A stretch of DNA of 64,000 bases, from assembly GCA_021295785.1 (NCBI GenBank), contig JAGWBR010000013.1:331-64330 (forward strand). The letters run 5' to 3'. Below, one piece after another: positions 35,828-45,265 of the stretch. Origin of the DNA: Gemmatimonadota bacterium (lineage in GTDB: Bacteria; Gemmatimonadota; Gemmatimonadetes; Palauibacterales; Palauibacteraceae). The notes below the pieces were generated by a model. That model did no database searches, was not told the origin of the DNA, and worked only from the letters and a program-made list of their open reading frames with translations. Made by a program: the position numbers and the translations under genes. Each line of letters opens with the position of its first letter. Within the stretch, counting starts at the first letter, position 1.

Positions 35828-38149
35828 GTGAGCCCACCAACAAACCTCCAGAGGGGTATGGGCCTGTTCGACGCCACCGCGCTCGGCGTCGGTGCGATCG
35901 TAGGGGGTGGGTTCCTTGTGCTCGCCGGTGTGGCGTTCTCTGCTGCCGGGCCGGCTGCGATCATTGCATTCGCCCTCAACGGCATGATCGCGATGATCAC
36001 CGTTGCCAGCTTCGCGAAGCTGGTCCGCCGCTTCCCGGAATCGGGCGGCATTTACACCTACGCCCGCAAGGTCGTGCCCATAGAGCAGGCGTTCGTGATA
36101 GGCTGGCAGGTGTGGTTCGCGTCGATAGTAGCCGGTGTCCTATACGCTTTGGGATTTGGGGTCTTCGCCGGGCAGGGTGCGGCCCGGTTGTTGGGAGAAT
36201 CGCACTGGCTGGCATCGCACGTGGTTCAGGTCAGCCTGGCCCTCGCCGTGATCATCTACTACGCCCTGAGCCTGACCAGGAAAGCCACGGGCGGCGGCAA
36301 CGCTCCGACCGTCGGAAAAGTAGCGGTGCTGCTGTTCTTGATGGCGTTTGCGGCGGTTGCGTTCGTGGCGGGCGACTCGGGGGAGCTCGTGTCTCGGATG
36401 AGCCCGTTTTCCCCGGCGGGAGCCACGGGTCTGCTGGCTGCGATGGGGTTGACCTTCATCGCCCTGCAGGGATTCGACCTGATCGCCGCCGTCGGCGGAG
36501 AAGTGCGCGAACCCGAACGACTTCTGCCCAAGTCGATGTACCTGTCGCTGGGAACGGCACTGGTCATCTACCTGCCTCTGTTATTCTTGCTTGCCACCGT
36601 TGGCGCCCCGGAGGATGGAATCACCGCCGTGGCTCGCGAAAACCCGGAAGGCCTGGTCGCCGAGGCGGCTGAGAGAATCATGGGACCGGTGGGCTATTGG
36701 GTCGTGCTTGCTGCAGGGATCCTGTCAATGCTGTCAGCGCTTTACGCCAATTTGCTGGCGGCGTCGAGGGTTGCTCTGGCGATGGCGGGCGACCACACAC
36801 TTCCGCGCGTCGTTGGGCGAATCAGCAAGAAAAGTGGCACGCCTGTCGTGGCCGTCGTCGCAACCGGAGTCGGCATGCTGGTGCTGGTGGCGGTGGTGGG
36901 CGAGGTGGAATCCGCGGCAGCCGCCTCCAGCCTGATCTTCCTCGTTTCATTCGCCGCGGTGCATCTGGTAACGCTTCTCCTGCACCGCCGGTCCGGTGGA
37001 AGGGGAGTGCCGGTACTGCCGTCCGCAGGTGCCGCCCTGTGCCTGGCGCTGGCTCTGTTTCAGGCGTTTGCGGTCCCGCTGGCGGGAATTGTCATCGTGG
37101 TATGGCTGCTTGTGGGGATCGGGTTTTACTTGGCGCAGGTCGGGCGCGGTGCCGGGCTGGCCGATGTCTCGGCGCTGGCCACCGACCCCGAACTGGCGCG
37201 GCTGCGGGGCATGAGACCGCTGGTGCTGATTCCGATCGCCAACCCGGAAACTGTCCAGGGCCTGATCGACGTCGGGGCGACGCTCCAGGCCCCCGGTTCC
37301 GGCAGGGTAATGCTGATGTCTGTTGTGCAGGCGCCCCCGGCCGTGACCGAGACCGGCGACTCCGCACGCGCCGGCGAACTTTCCGGGCGCGAAGTCCCGG
37401 GCGAACTCTCCGGAACGGTGAAGGAGATTTCCGAGGCTTCGGATCTGCTCCAGAAGGCCCTTTGGAGCAGCGTGGTGACCGACATCCAACCCGAAACCCT
37501 GTTCACGTTCGCCCCCAGTGTGTGGGACGAGATAGTAGACGCGGCCAATACGCACAGGTGCGAGACCGTGCTTCTCGGGCTGGCGCGCATCGCCGACAGC
37601 AGGGTAACACTGCGTCTTGAGGATCTTCTGCGCCGGATCGACGCCAACGTTGTGATATTGAGAGCCGGGCCGGGCTGGCGGGTAGACAACGCCCGCAAGA
37701 TCATCATCCCGGTGTCCGAGACGGCCAGGCACAGCCGGCTCCGCACTCTTCTGCTCGCGAGCCTGGGGAGGAGGCACATAAAGGCCCAGATCACCTACCT
37801 GGGCGTGCTTCCGAAGGACGCATCACCCCAGACCCGGGCGCGGGTAGAGCGCTTGCTGGCGACTCTGGCCAGAGACGAAGCGCACGGGTTTGAGGTGGAC
37901 TTCGATTGCACCGAGGACCTGGCCGCGGACCTGAAACGACGGCAGGACCAGGCGGACCTGGTTGTGCTCCGACTGCCCAGGCGGGCAGACCCGAGATCGG
38001 CCATCGGCCAGTTGACTCTGGATGTCGCACGCGAGACCGACGTGCCGCTGCTGTTGTTCAGCGACCGGGCACGTTTCGGCCTGCGACCGGGCACGGCCCG
38101 GGAAGGGCTCGCGGCTCGCGAAACATCACCCTCGCCGCCAACCCGATGA
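35828..38149 (+). CDS. APC-superfamily amino-acid/polyamine permease fused to tandem universal-stress-protein (Usp) domains
   Basis: About 12 TM segments with the N-terminal LFDATALGVGAIVGGGF. The C-terminal roughly 300 aa has two Usp-like alpha/beta units (LVLIPIANPETV..., KIIIPVSETARH...DLVVLRLPRR). Confidence 0.85.
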   Translation: MSPPTNLQRGMGLFDATALGVGAIVGGGFLVLAGVAFSAAGPAAIIAFALNGMIAMITVASFAKLVRRFPESGGIYTYARKVVPIEQAFVIGWQVWFASIVAGVLYALGFGVFAGQGAARLLGESHWLASHVVQVSLALAVIIYYALSLTRKATGGGNAPTVGKVAVLLFLMAFAAVAFVAGDSGELVSRMSPFSPAGATGLLAAMGLTFIALQGFDLIAAVGGEVREPERLLPKSMYLSLGTALVIYLPLLFLLATVGAPEDGITAVARENPEGLVAEAAERIMGPVGYWVVLAAGILSMLSALYANLLAASRVALAMAGDHTLPRVVGRISKKSGTPVVAVVATGVGMLVLVAVVGEVESAAAASSLIFLVSFAAVHLVTLLLHRRSGGRGVPVLPSAGAALCLALALFQAFAVPLAGIVIVVWLLVGIGFYLAQVGRGAGLADVSALATDPELARLRGMRPLVLIPIANPETVQGLIDVGATLQAPGSGRVMLMSVVQAPPAVTETGDSARAGELSGREVPGELSGTVKEISEASDLLQKALWSSVVTDIQPETLFTFAPSVWDEIVDAANTHRCETVLLGLARIADSRVTLRLEDLLRRIDANVVILRAGPGWRVDNARKIIIPVSETARHSRLRTLLLASLGRRHIKAQITYLGVLPKDASPQTRARVERLLATLARDEAHGFEVDFDCTEDLAADLKRRQDQADLVVLRLPRRADPRSAIGQLTLDVARETDVPLLLFSDRARFGLRPGTAREGLAARETSPSPPTR

Positions 38150-40554
38150 ACGCCGATGTAGTCGTTGTCCTCGCGGTGCTGGCGGCCGCCGCGGTCCTTT
38201 TTGTGACGGGGCGCGTGCGCTACGATGCCGTGGGGTTGAGCGTGGCGGTTGCCTTGGCTCTGCTGGGGGCAATCCCAATGGAGCGGACGATTGAGGGGTT
38301 CGCCAACCCCGCCGTGGTCACCATCGCGGCCGTGCTCGTGCTGAGCGGCGGGCTGTACCGGACCGGGGTGGCGAACTTTGTGGGCAGGCGGGTCATGGGA
38401 CTGGCCGGCCGCTCACCCCTGCGCGTGACGGCCCTCCTGATGCTGACCGCGGGTCTCATGTCTGGCGTGATGAACAACATCGCCGCTACCGCCCTGCTGT
38501 TGCCGGTGGCGCTCGACATAGCCAAACGTCTTGAAATGCCGCCGTCCCGCCTCTTGATCCCGCTTGCCTGGGCGTCACTCCTCGGCGGGATGACCACGCT
38601 TATCGGGACTGGTCCCAACATCCTGGTCTCCGAAGCTCTGGTAGCGGCGGGAGAGGCTCCGGTGCGGTTTTTTGACTTCACCCCCGTGGGGGCGGCCGCC
38701 CTCGCGGCCGGGATCGTCTATATGGTCTTTTTTGGGGTTCGTTTGCTGCCGGCGCGGTCGTCGTCCGCCGGTGAAGACCAGGGTCGGCGCGGCCTTGGCC
38801 AGCGGTACGGACTGGCAGGGGAACTCTTCACGTTGCGCCTGCCGCACGACAGCCTGCTGCACGGCCGAACCCTGGTCGGCGCCCGGATCGGGCGCGCCCT
38901 CGCGGTGGACGTACTCGCGGTCCGTCGCGGACGTTCGCTGACCCGTGCTCCGGACCGCCTCTTCACCTTGCGGGGCGGAGACGAACTGGTGGTGAAGGGG
39001 CGCCGGGCCGCATGCGACGAGCTGCGGGCCTGGGGTTCGCTGTTGCCGGCTTCCGCGGCCGGGGGGGACCGGCGGCAGTCCACGCCATGGGCCTTCCTTG
39101 AGCGTGCCACCGCTGCCGCGGAGGTGGAGGTGGCGGAGGGTTCGGAGCTGGCCGGCCGCACGCTGCGCGAGGTCGATTTCAGCAATCAACTGGGGGTACG
39201 GGTCTTGGGTTCGGCCGGAGAGGTTCCGGGCGGCCAAGACGGCACCACCGGGCATGCCGACCGGGGCCAGAGGGCAACGGGAGCCACTGCGATCGAACCA
39301 GGGGGGCGGCTTCTGGTGGTCGGACCTTTCGAGGACATCCGGGGACTGGTCCCCGGCGAGGATTTTGCCAGCGTGCGGACCGTGACCCTCAGCCAGGCGG
39401 CTGCCAGGTACGGGCTCGACGACTCATTGTTGCGGTTGAATGTGCCCGAGCGGTCGGGGCTGGCCGGAGTGACGCTAGCCGGTTCGCGGCTGTCGTGGGC
39501 CTTCGGGTTGACGGTTATCGGTATCGAACGTGCGGGGGAGATGATCATCCTTCCCGGCGGGAACGTGAAGCTGCAGGCGGGCGACCGGCTGGCGATAGAC
39601 GGAGACAGCGCGGACCGGGATGTACTGATGGGTCTCCAGGCCCTGGAGCCCGGAGATGCCTTGCCGCCCCTGTCCGAGTTGGAATCGGATCAGGCGGTGT
39701 TCGCCGAGGTGACCCTTGCCCCCAGTTCCACGGCGGCCGGCAAGTCGCTGAGGGACCTTGATTTTCGGAGGAAATTTGGCCTGTCGCTGCTGTCGGTGTG
39801 GCGGGGCGGGGTGGCCAACCTGTCGACATCGGGGCTTCGGGGGATGGCGCTGGAGTTCGGGGACGCCCTGTTGTTGTATGGTCGTCCGCGGAGCGTGGCC
39901 AAACTCAGCCGGGACAGCCGTTTCCTGGTGATGAACGCCGACCCGGGCGAGTCGTTCAGACTGGAGAGGGCGGCCCCGGCGGCGGCCATCATGCTGGCCG
40001 TGGTGGGCTCCGCCGCCCTGGGCCTGATGCCGATTTACGTGGCGGCACTTGGCGGGTCATTGTTGATGATCGCGACCGGCTGCATCAAGGGCAGCGAGGT
40101 TTACCAACTGGTGGATTGGCGGGTCATTGTGTTGCTGGCCGGGATGATTGCCCTGGGGCTGGCCATGGAGGAGTCCGGCACGGCCGAGCTGATAGCGACC
40201 GAAGTGGTTGGCAGGGCGGGGGCGGGCGGCTCCCGACTGTTGCTGGCGGCGCTGTTCCTGGTGTGCGGGGTGGCGGCGCAGGTGGTCCCGACCGCGGTCG
40301 TGGCCGTGTTGGTGACGCCCGTGGCGCTGAGCGTGGCCGCCGAGTTCGGGCTTTCTCCCCATGCACTCCTGATGGTTGTGGCGCTCGGATCTTCATGCGC
40401 CTTCCTGAGCCCGTTCGGCCATCCCGTGAACCTCTTGGTGATGGGTGTGGGCGGCTATCGGGTCACCGACTACACCCGGGCCGGGCTGCCGCTGTTTGTT
40501 GTGCTCGGGTTGATCACGGTTTTCGTGCTGCCTCTTGTATGGCCCCTGAGATAA
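38146..40554 (+). CDS. SLC13/DASS-type anion permease with four internal TrkA-C (RCK_C) domains
   Basis: The start forms an ATGA overlap with the upstream stop. Two membrane halves flank four repeats of the pattern E..V...S.L.GRTL.E...R...G..VL...R (TrkA-C). Confidence 0.85.
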   Translation: MNADVVVVLAVLAAAAVLFVTGRVRYDAVGLSVAVALALLGAIPMERTIEGFANPAVVTIAAVLVLSGGLYRTGVANFVGRRVMGLAGRSPLRVTALLMLTAGLMSGVMNNIAATALLLPVALDIAKRLEMPPSRLLIPLAWASLLGGMTTLIGTGPNILVSEALVAAGEAPVRFFDFTPVGAAALAAGIVYMVFFGVRLLPARSSSAGEDQGRRGLGQRYGLAGELFTLRLPHDSLLHGRTLVGARIGRALAVDVLAVRRGRSLTRAPDRLFTLRGGDELVVKGRRAACDELRAWGSLLPASAAGGDRRQSTPWAFLERATAAAEVEVAEGSELAGRTLREVDFSNQLGVRVLGSAGEVPGGQDGTTGHADRGQRATGATAIEPGGRLLVVGPFEDIRGLVPGEDFASVRTVTLSQAAARYGLDDSLLRLNVPERSGLAGVTLAGSRLSWAFGLTVIGIERAGEMIILPGGNVKLQAGDRLAIDGDSADRDVLMGLQALEPGDALPPLSELESDQAVFAEVTLAPSSTAAGKSLRDLDFRRKFGLSLLSVWRGGVANLSTSGLRGMALEFGDALLLYGRPRSVAKLSRDSRFLVMNADPGESFRLERAAPAAAIMLAVVGSAALGLMPIYVAALGGSLLMIATGCIKGSEVYQLVDWRVIVLLAGMIALGLAMEESGTAELIATEVVGRAGAGGSRLLLAALFLVCGVAAQVVPTAVVAVLVTPVALSVAAEFGLSPHALLMVVALGSSCAFLSPFGHPVNLLVMGVGGYRVTDYTRAGLPLFVVLGLITVFVLPLVWPLR

Positions 40555-43517
40555 CGTCCCGGCGGGGGCGTCTCCCGTCGTTGCTGTCGCGCCGGTTCAA
40601 GCGATTCCTCGCGGTCACGCTCGGCCTGGCCGGGTTCATGCTGGCAAACACTCTCTACCTGTTGTTGAACCGGGCCGCCGAAGCGGGCGGATGGACCCGT
40701 TTCGCGCCAAGTGCCGAGTCGCTGCCCAAGTTCTTACAGGCAATGGTGTTGGCACATACCGCGGTCGGGTTGGTGCTCGCCGTGCTCCTGTTCGCCTTTT
40801 TGGGCCTCCATCTGCCCAGGGTTCTGGAGCGGAAGCGGCCGGCCTCGATGTTATCCGGGCTGGCACTTGGTCTTCTGGGGGGCGGGTTGGCGGTTACCGG
40901 CTTGTTCATCGTCACCGAATCGGCCTCGCACGCCAATCGGTGGGCGTGGTGGGCTCACGTGGGTGCCGCCCTGCTTGCCGTCTCGGCCTACGCAGGCCAC
41001 CGGTTGGTCAGTTACGCGCGGCCGCCGGGGTCCCGCGCCAAGAGGTTCGCGGCGCTCACAGCGGGCGGGTTCGCATTGCTCGCCGTGGTTCATGTGATCA
41101 CCTACGAGGGTCCCCGGTTGACGCCGGAGGCCCGGTTGGCGGCCACCCTCGGGGCCGGGCCGGAAGGACCCGGGGGGAGAGAGCGCCCGGCGGAGCGTTT
41201 CGAGGGAGAAGTGTCTCCGGAGAGCCCGTTCTTCCCATCGCCCGCGACCACTGGAACGGGAACCCACTTGCCGTCACGGATCATCACCCGCCGCTCGGCC
41301 CGAGCTGTACCTGGGGCCCACGACGGGGAGGCCCCGGACCTTGCAGAAAGGGTGGCGGCCGAGGTGGAAGAACGCGGTTTCGCCGCCGATGTCATGATCG
41401 GAGCGCAGACCTGCCAGCGCTGCCACCCGGACGTGACCGAGCAGTGGGCGGCTTCGGCGCACCGTTTCGCCTCGTTCAACAACCCATTCTACGCGGCGAC
41501 CATCGACAAGATGCGTGAAGAGTCGCTGGGCACCGAAGAGAACCTGGCGGCACACCTGCGTTCGTTTGGGCTCCCTCCTGGCGCGGCGGGGCGGGCGAAG
41601 AGCAAATGGTGCAGCGGGTGCCACGATCCGGCCCTCATGTTGGCGGGGGCAATGGAGTCGCCGATCGACCCGTCCTCGGTCGAGGCTCAGGCGGGGCTCA
41701 CGTGCCTGTCGTGCCACGCGATTGACCGCACGCACGGGAATACGGGCAACGGCAATTACAACATCGCCGACGAAACCGAAGACCCATACTTGTTGGCGGA
41801 TGCCCCGGACGGGTCGATCGGCCGGACCGTGCACGATGCCGCCCTCCGTGCCCGCCCGGATGTGCACCGCAGTCAAATGCTGAAACCCCTCCACCACACC
41901 GCGGAATTCTGCGCCACCTGCCACAAAGTGAGTTTGGACCTGCCCGTCAACGGGTACCGGTGGATCAGAGGCCAAAATGAATACGATGCCTGGCACGACA
42001 GCGGAGTCGCCTGGAACGCATCCCGCACGTTCTATCTCCCTCCGGCGGCCAGCCAGTGTCAGACCTGCCACATGCCGCCCGAACCTGCGCCGCTTGGGGA
42101 TGTTTCCGCGGAAGGCGGCATGGTCCGGTCGCACCGGTTCCTGGCGGTGAACACGGCGCTTCCGTTCATACGAGGCGATTCGGTGCACCTGCGGATGACC
42201 GAGGAATTCGTGCGGGCCGGAAAACTGACCGTAGACATTTTCGCCGCACGGACGGGAAATGCGGACGCCGACCCGGTCACGGGCCTGCCCCGGTCGGTTG
42301 CCGTCTCGGATCTGGGCCCGGCGGCCGATGCCCCTGGTAGCGTGCCCGGCCATGAAGTCACCTTCGATGTAGTGGTCCGCAACCGGGGAGTCGGGCACAC
42401 CTTCCCGGGGGGGACCAACGATTCGAACGAGGGGTGGCTGGAGTTCGTGGTGCGGGCTCCGGACGGAGAGATTCTCGCGGCGTCCGGACTGATCGGACCC
42501 GACGGACACCTGGACCCCATGGCGCATACATTCCGGTCGATCGTTCTCGACTCGGCGGGTGCCCGAATCCACCAGCGGAACGCCCAGGACATTCGGGTCA
42601 CCGCGGCGGCGAACGTGATCGGCCCGGGTACCGCGGATGTCGCCCAATACAAGGTGCGCGTGCCCGCTCTGGCCCGGGACCCCGGCAGGGCCGACGGGCC
42701 GCTGACCGTCACTGCCCGCCTTTTGTGGAGGAAATTCGACCGGCCGTACACGGAATTCGCATACCGCAGCCGGCCGGAGGGCTTCAGGCAATTCGCCGAT
42801 GTGCCCGACCTACCCGTGACCGAAATCGCCGCCGACACTCTGACCCTTGTCGCCGGGCCCGGCGGCGATGGCCCCGGAACAAGCGCTCAGCCGGAGTGGG
42901 AGCGCTACAACGACTACGGGATCGCAAATCTCCTGAGGGGGAACACCCGTCTGGCCCGCCATGCCTTCCAGCGGGTGGCCGCGCTCGCCCCCGACCGGGT
43001 GGACGGGCCGCTGAATCTGGCCCGGACCGCCCTCGTCACGGGCAACCTGAAAGACGCGCTGGCGCGTCTGAGCGAGGCCGAGCAGGTATCTCCGGGCGAC
43101 CCCCGGTCGGCCTGGGTGTGGGGAGGTGCCCACCAGGCAGACGGTTCCTACGATTTGGCGGAGCAGGCGTATCTTGCCGCCCTGTCGGCCTTTCCCGGGG
43201 ACCGGGCGGCTTGGTTCGAGTTGGGGAGGACGCGGTACCTGGCCAGCCGGTACGCCGAGGCGCTGGCGGCCTTCGAAGAAGTACTTGCCATCGATCGCGA
43301 GCACAGGCAGGCACACTACAACCGCATGCTGAGCCTGCGAGCGCTCGGCCGGGACGCCGAAGCAGACGCTGCCCAAGAGGCTTTTGAGAAATACTCCATC
43401 GACGAAGCCGCCCGCGCTCTTGCCAGAGATTTCCTGGCGAACAACCCGGGTGCGAACCTGATGTCGCAGCCGGTTCACACGCACGACCTGACCGTGCCTC
43501 CGGGGCAGTACCGTTGA
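40539..43517 (+). CDS. Membrane-anchored pentaheme c-type cytochrome with C-terminal TPR domain
   Basis: The ATG at 40539 overlaps the upstream gene by 16 nt. About 5 N-terminal hydrophobic helices are followed by five CxxCH motifs (CQRCH, CSGCH, CLSCH, CATCH, CQTCH). The first sits in the cytochrome c554-like context CxxCH...W..S.H. The last roughly 230 aa are TPR-like. Confidence 0.85.
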   Translation: MAPEITSRRGRLPSLLSRRFKRFLAVTLGLAGFMLANTLYLLLNRAAEAGGWTRFAPSAESLPKFLQAMVLAHTAVGLVLAVLLFAFLGLHLPRVLERKRPASMLSGLALGLLGGGLAVTGLFIVTESASHANRWAWWAHVGAALLAVSAYAGHRLVSYARPPGSRAKRFAALTAGGFALLAVVHVITYEGPRLTPEARLAATLGAGPEGPGGRERPAERFEGEVSPESPFFPSPATTGTGTHLPSRIITRRSARAVPGAHDGEAPDLAERVAAEVEERGFAADVMIGAQTCQRCHPDVTEQWAASAHRFASFNNPFYAATIDKMREESLGTEENLAAHLRSFGLPPGAAGRAKSKWCSGCHDPALMLAGAMESPIDPSSVEAQAGLTCLSCHAIDRTHGNTGNGNYNIADETEDPYLLADAPDGSIGRTVHDAALRARPDVHRSQMLKPLHHTAEFCATCHKVSLDLPVNGYRWIRGQNEYDAWHDSGVAWNASRTFYLPPAASQCQTCHMPPEPAPLGDVSAEGGMVRSHRFLAVNTALPFIRGDSVHLRMTEEFVRAGKLTVDIFAARTGNADADPVTGLPRSVAVSDLGPAADAPGSVPGHEVTFDVVVRNRGVGHTFPGGTNDSNEGWLEFVVRAPDGEILAASGLIGPDGHLDPMAHTFRSIVLDSAGARIHQRNAQDIRVTAAANVIGPGTADVAQYKVRVPALARDPGRADGPLTVTARLLWRKFDRPYTEFAYRSRPEGFRQFADVPDLPVTEIAADTLTLVAGPGGDGPGTSAQPEWERYNDYGIANLLRGNTRLARHAFQRVAALAPDRVDGPLNLARTALVTGNLKDALARLSEAEQVSPGDPRSAWVWGGAHQADGSYDLAEQAYLAALSAFPGDRAAWFELGRTRYLASRYAEALAAFEEVLAIDREHRQAHYNRMLSLRALGRDAEADAAQEAFEKYSIDEAARALARDFLANNPGANLMSQPVHTHDLTVPPGQYR

Positions 43518-45265
43518 TGCCGCGGCCCGGCCTGGTGCTGGCGTGCAGCCTGTTCGGCGCCGCGGCTTGCGGAGAAGGGGACGCCCCGGCGAATGAGGTA
43601 CCCGAATACGCCGTGGGGCGATCGGTCTATGCGACCGACGCCATTCAGGCGGTGTCCACCAGCATCAGGCTGGAAGACGTGACCCAGGAATGGGCAGTCG
43701 CGTTCCGCCACGCGACGGGAGCGTTCGGCGAGAAGTGGATGCCCGAGACGATGGGCAGCGGCGTGGCGATTTTCGACTACGACGGCGACGGGTGGCCGGA
43801 CCTGTATTTTGTGAATTCGACAGGGTGGGAAGGGCGCGGCGAAGACCGCGGGGCGGGCCCGCGGTTGTATCGAAACCGGTTTGGCGACGGCCCCGGTGCC
43901 GAGCCCGGCTTCAGCGACGTGACCGCCGAAGCCGGGCTCGGCGCCTGGGCGGCGGACTACGACGGCGACGGAGACCAGGACCTGTACGTGACTGCTGTCG
44001 GCGACAACAGGTTGTACCGGAACGACGGTGGGCGGTTCACCGATGTCACCGCCGTGGCAGGGGCAAAAGGCAACGGCCCGGGAGCCGCGGACCCGGCTTG
44101 GTCCACAGCCGCCGCATGGTTCGATGCCGACCGAGACGGCTGGCTGGACCTCTTGGTTTGCAACTATGTGGACTGGACCCCCGAGACCGATCTGTTCTTC
44201 AGTCGCGACGGGGTGAACAAGTCGTACGCGACGCCCGAGGAATACGAGGGCGAGTCGTGCCGGCTGCTCAAGAACGACGGCAGCGGCAAGTTCACCGACG
44301 TTACAGAGACCGCGGGCCTGCTGAACGCGGAAGGGAAGTCGCTCGGCATCGCGGTTGACGACTTCAACGACGACGGGTGGCCTGACGTGGCCGTGGCCAA
44401 CGATACCTACCCCAACTTCCTCTACATCAACCAGGGCGACGGCACTTTCGCTGACGCGGGCCTCGACGCGGGCATTGCATTCGACAGGTCGGGCAGGGCG
44501 CGTGCGGGAATGGGGATCGACGTTGCCGACATCACGAACCGCGGACAACTCTCCATAGCCATCGGCAACTTCTCGAACGAGGCCGTGTCGTTGTACACGG
44601 CAATCGGGCCACTGACCTTCCAGGATCTGGCGGGCACGGCGGGGCTGACGCGGCCGACCCTCCTGCCGCTGACCTTCGGGCTCCGGTTCGCGGACCTGTC
44701 AAGCGATGGCAACGTCGATCTTGTGCTGGGCAACGGACACATTGAACCCGAGATACGCCGGGTGCAGGGGGACGTCGATTTCGAGCAGGCTCCGATCCTG
44801 TTCCAAAACGACGGGCGCGGGAAGTTCATGGACGTTGGGTCCGGAGTCGGCGGCGGATTTGCCGAACCGATCGTGGCGCGCGGTGTTGCGACGAGCGACC
44901 TGGACCGCGACGGCGATCTGGACCTTGTGTTCACGGCGAACGGGGGCGCGCCCAAGGTGCTTCGGAATGACACCGCCCCGCCCGGCGCATGGGTACGAGT
45001 GCGGTTGCGGGGCAGCGCGCCCAACTTCCATGCGATTGGCTCGATTGTGAAGGTGTTTGCCGGCGGGGTCGCCCGGCGCTTCTACGTCGGAGTGTCGGGT
45101 TCTTATCTGTCTCAATCAGAAACCAATCCGGTACTGGCCGGCCTGGGCGACGCTGTGCAGGCGGACAGTATTTCGGTGCGGTGGCCAGATGGAGAGACGA
45201 CAATGACGGGTCCTGTAGCGGCCGGTACGCAGATCGAGATCCAACAACCGGGCGGAGGACGGTGA
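43517..45265 (+). CDS. CRTAC1-type lipoprotein (FG-GAP/VCBS repeats plus ASPIC/UnbV domain)
   Basis: The start forms a TGATG overlap with the upstream stop. Lipobox FGAAAC. Six D.D.DG..D calcium-type repeats are present (FDYDGDGWPDLYFVN, ADYDGDGDQDLYVTA and others). The C-terminal segment is GSYLSQSE...VRWPDGE. Confidence 0.88.
   Translation: MPRPGLVLACSLFGAAACGEGDAPANEVPEYAVGRSVYATDAIQAVSTSIRLEDVTQEWAVAFRHATGAFGEKWMPETMGSGVAIFDYDGDGWPDLYFVNSTGWEGRGEDRGAGPRLYRNRFGDGPGAEPGFSDVTAEAGLGAWAADYDGDGDQDLYVTAVGDNRLYRNDGGRFTDVTAVAGAKGNGPGAADPAWSTAAAWFDADRDGWLDLLVCNYVDWTPETDLFFSRDGVNKSYATPEEYEGESCRLLKNDGSGKFTDVTETAGLLNAEGKSLGIAVDDFNDDGWPDVAVANDTYPNFLYINQGDGTFADAGLDAGIAFDRSGRARAGMGIDVADITNRGQLSIAIGNFSNEAVSLYTAIGPLTFQDLAGTAGLTRPTLLPLTFGLRFADLSSDGNVDLVLGNGHIEPEIRRVQGDVDFEQAPILFQNDGRGKFMDVGSGVGGGFAEPIVARGVATSDLDRDGDLDLVFTANGGAPKVLRNDTAPPGAWVRVRLRGSAPNFHAIGSIVKVFAGGVARRFYVGVSGSYLSQSETNPVLAGLGDAVQADSISVRWPDGETTMTGPVAAGTQIEIQQPGGGR

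Noticed and set aside
37906-38145. N-terminal extensions in the supplied ORF track: 37906, 39798, 44989, 57026, 59090, 23170 and 24962 on the plus strand, and upstream ends 62668, 21344, 16516, 31546 and 35724 on the minus strand.
   Set aside because: The extensions overlap the preceding gene or a divergent promoter region and encode Arg/Gly/Pro-rich sequence. In each case an internal start gives a proper signal peptide, lipobox, RBS or family-typical N-terminus, and I used those starts.
41274-42791. 505-aa minus-strand ORF. Similar long antisense ORFs occur at 21248..22567, 23479..24660, 25090..26181, 31562..32671, 32484..33635, 43475..44548, 50319..51275 and 51334..52350.
   Set aside because: Each lies opposite a gene with unambiguous family motifs (multihaem cytochrome, carboxyltransferase, AtuA, crotonase, ACAD, RNase G, CRTAC1, Rieske, GPP34-P450). 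They are compositional artefacts of high GC content. I have no evidence for overlapping coding.
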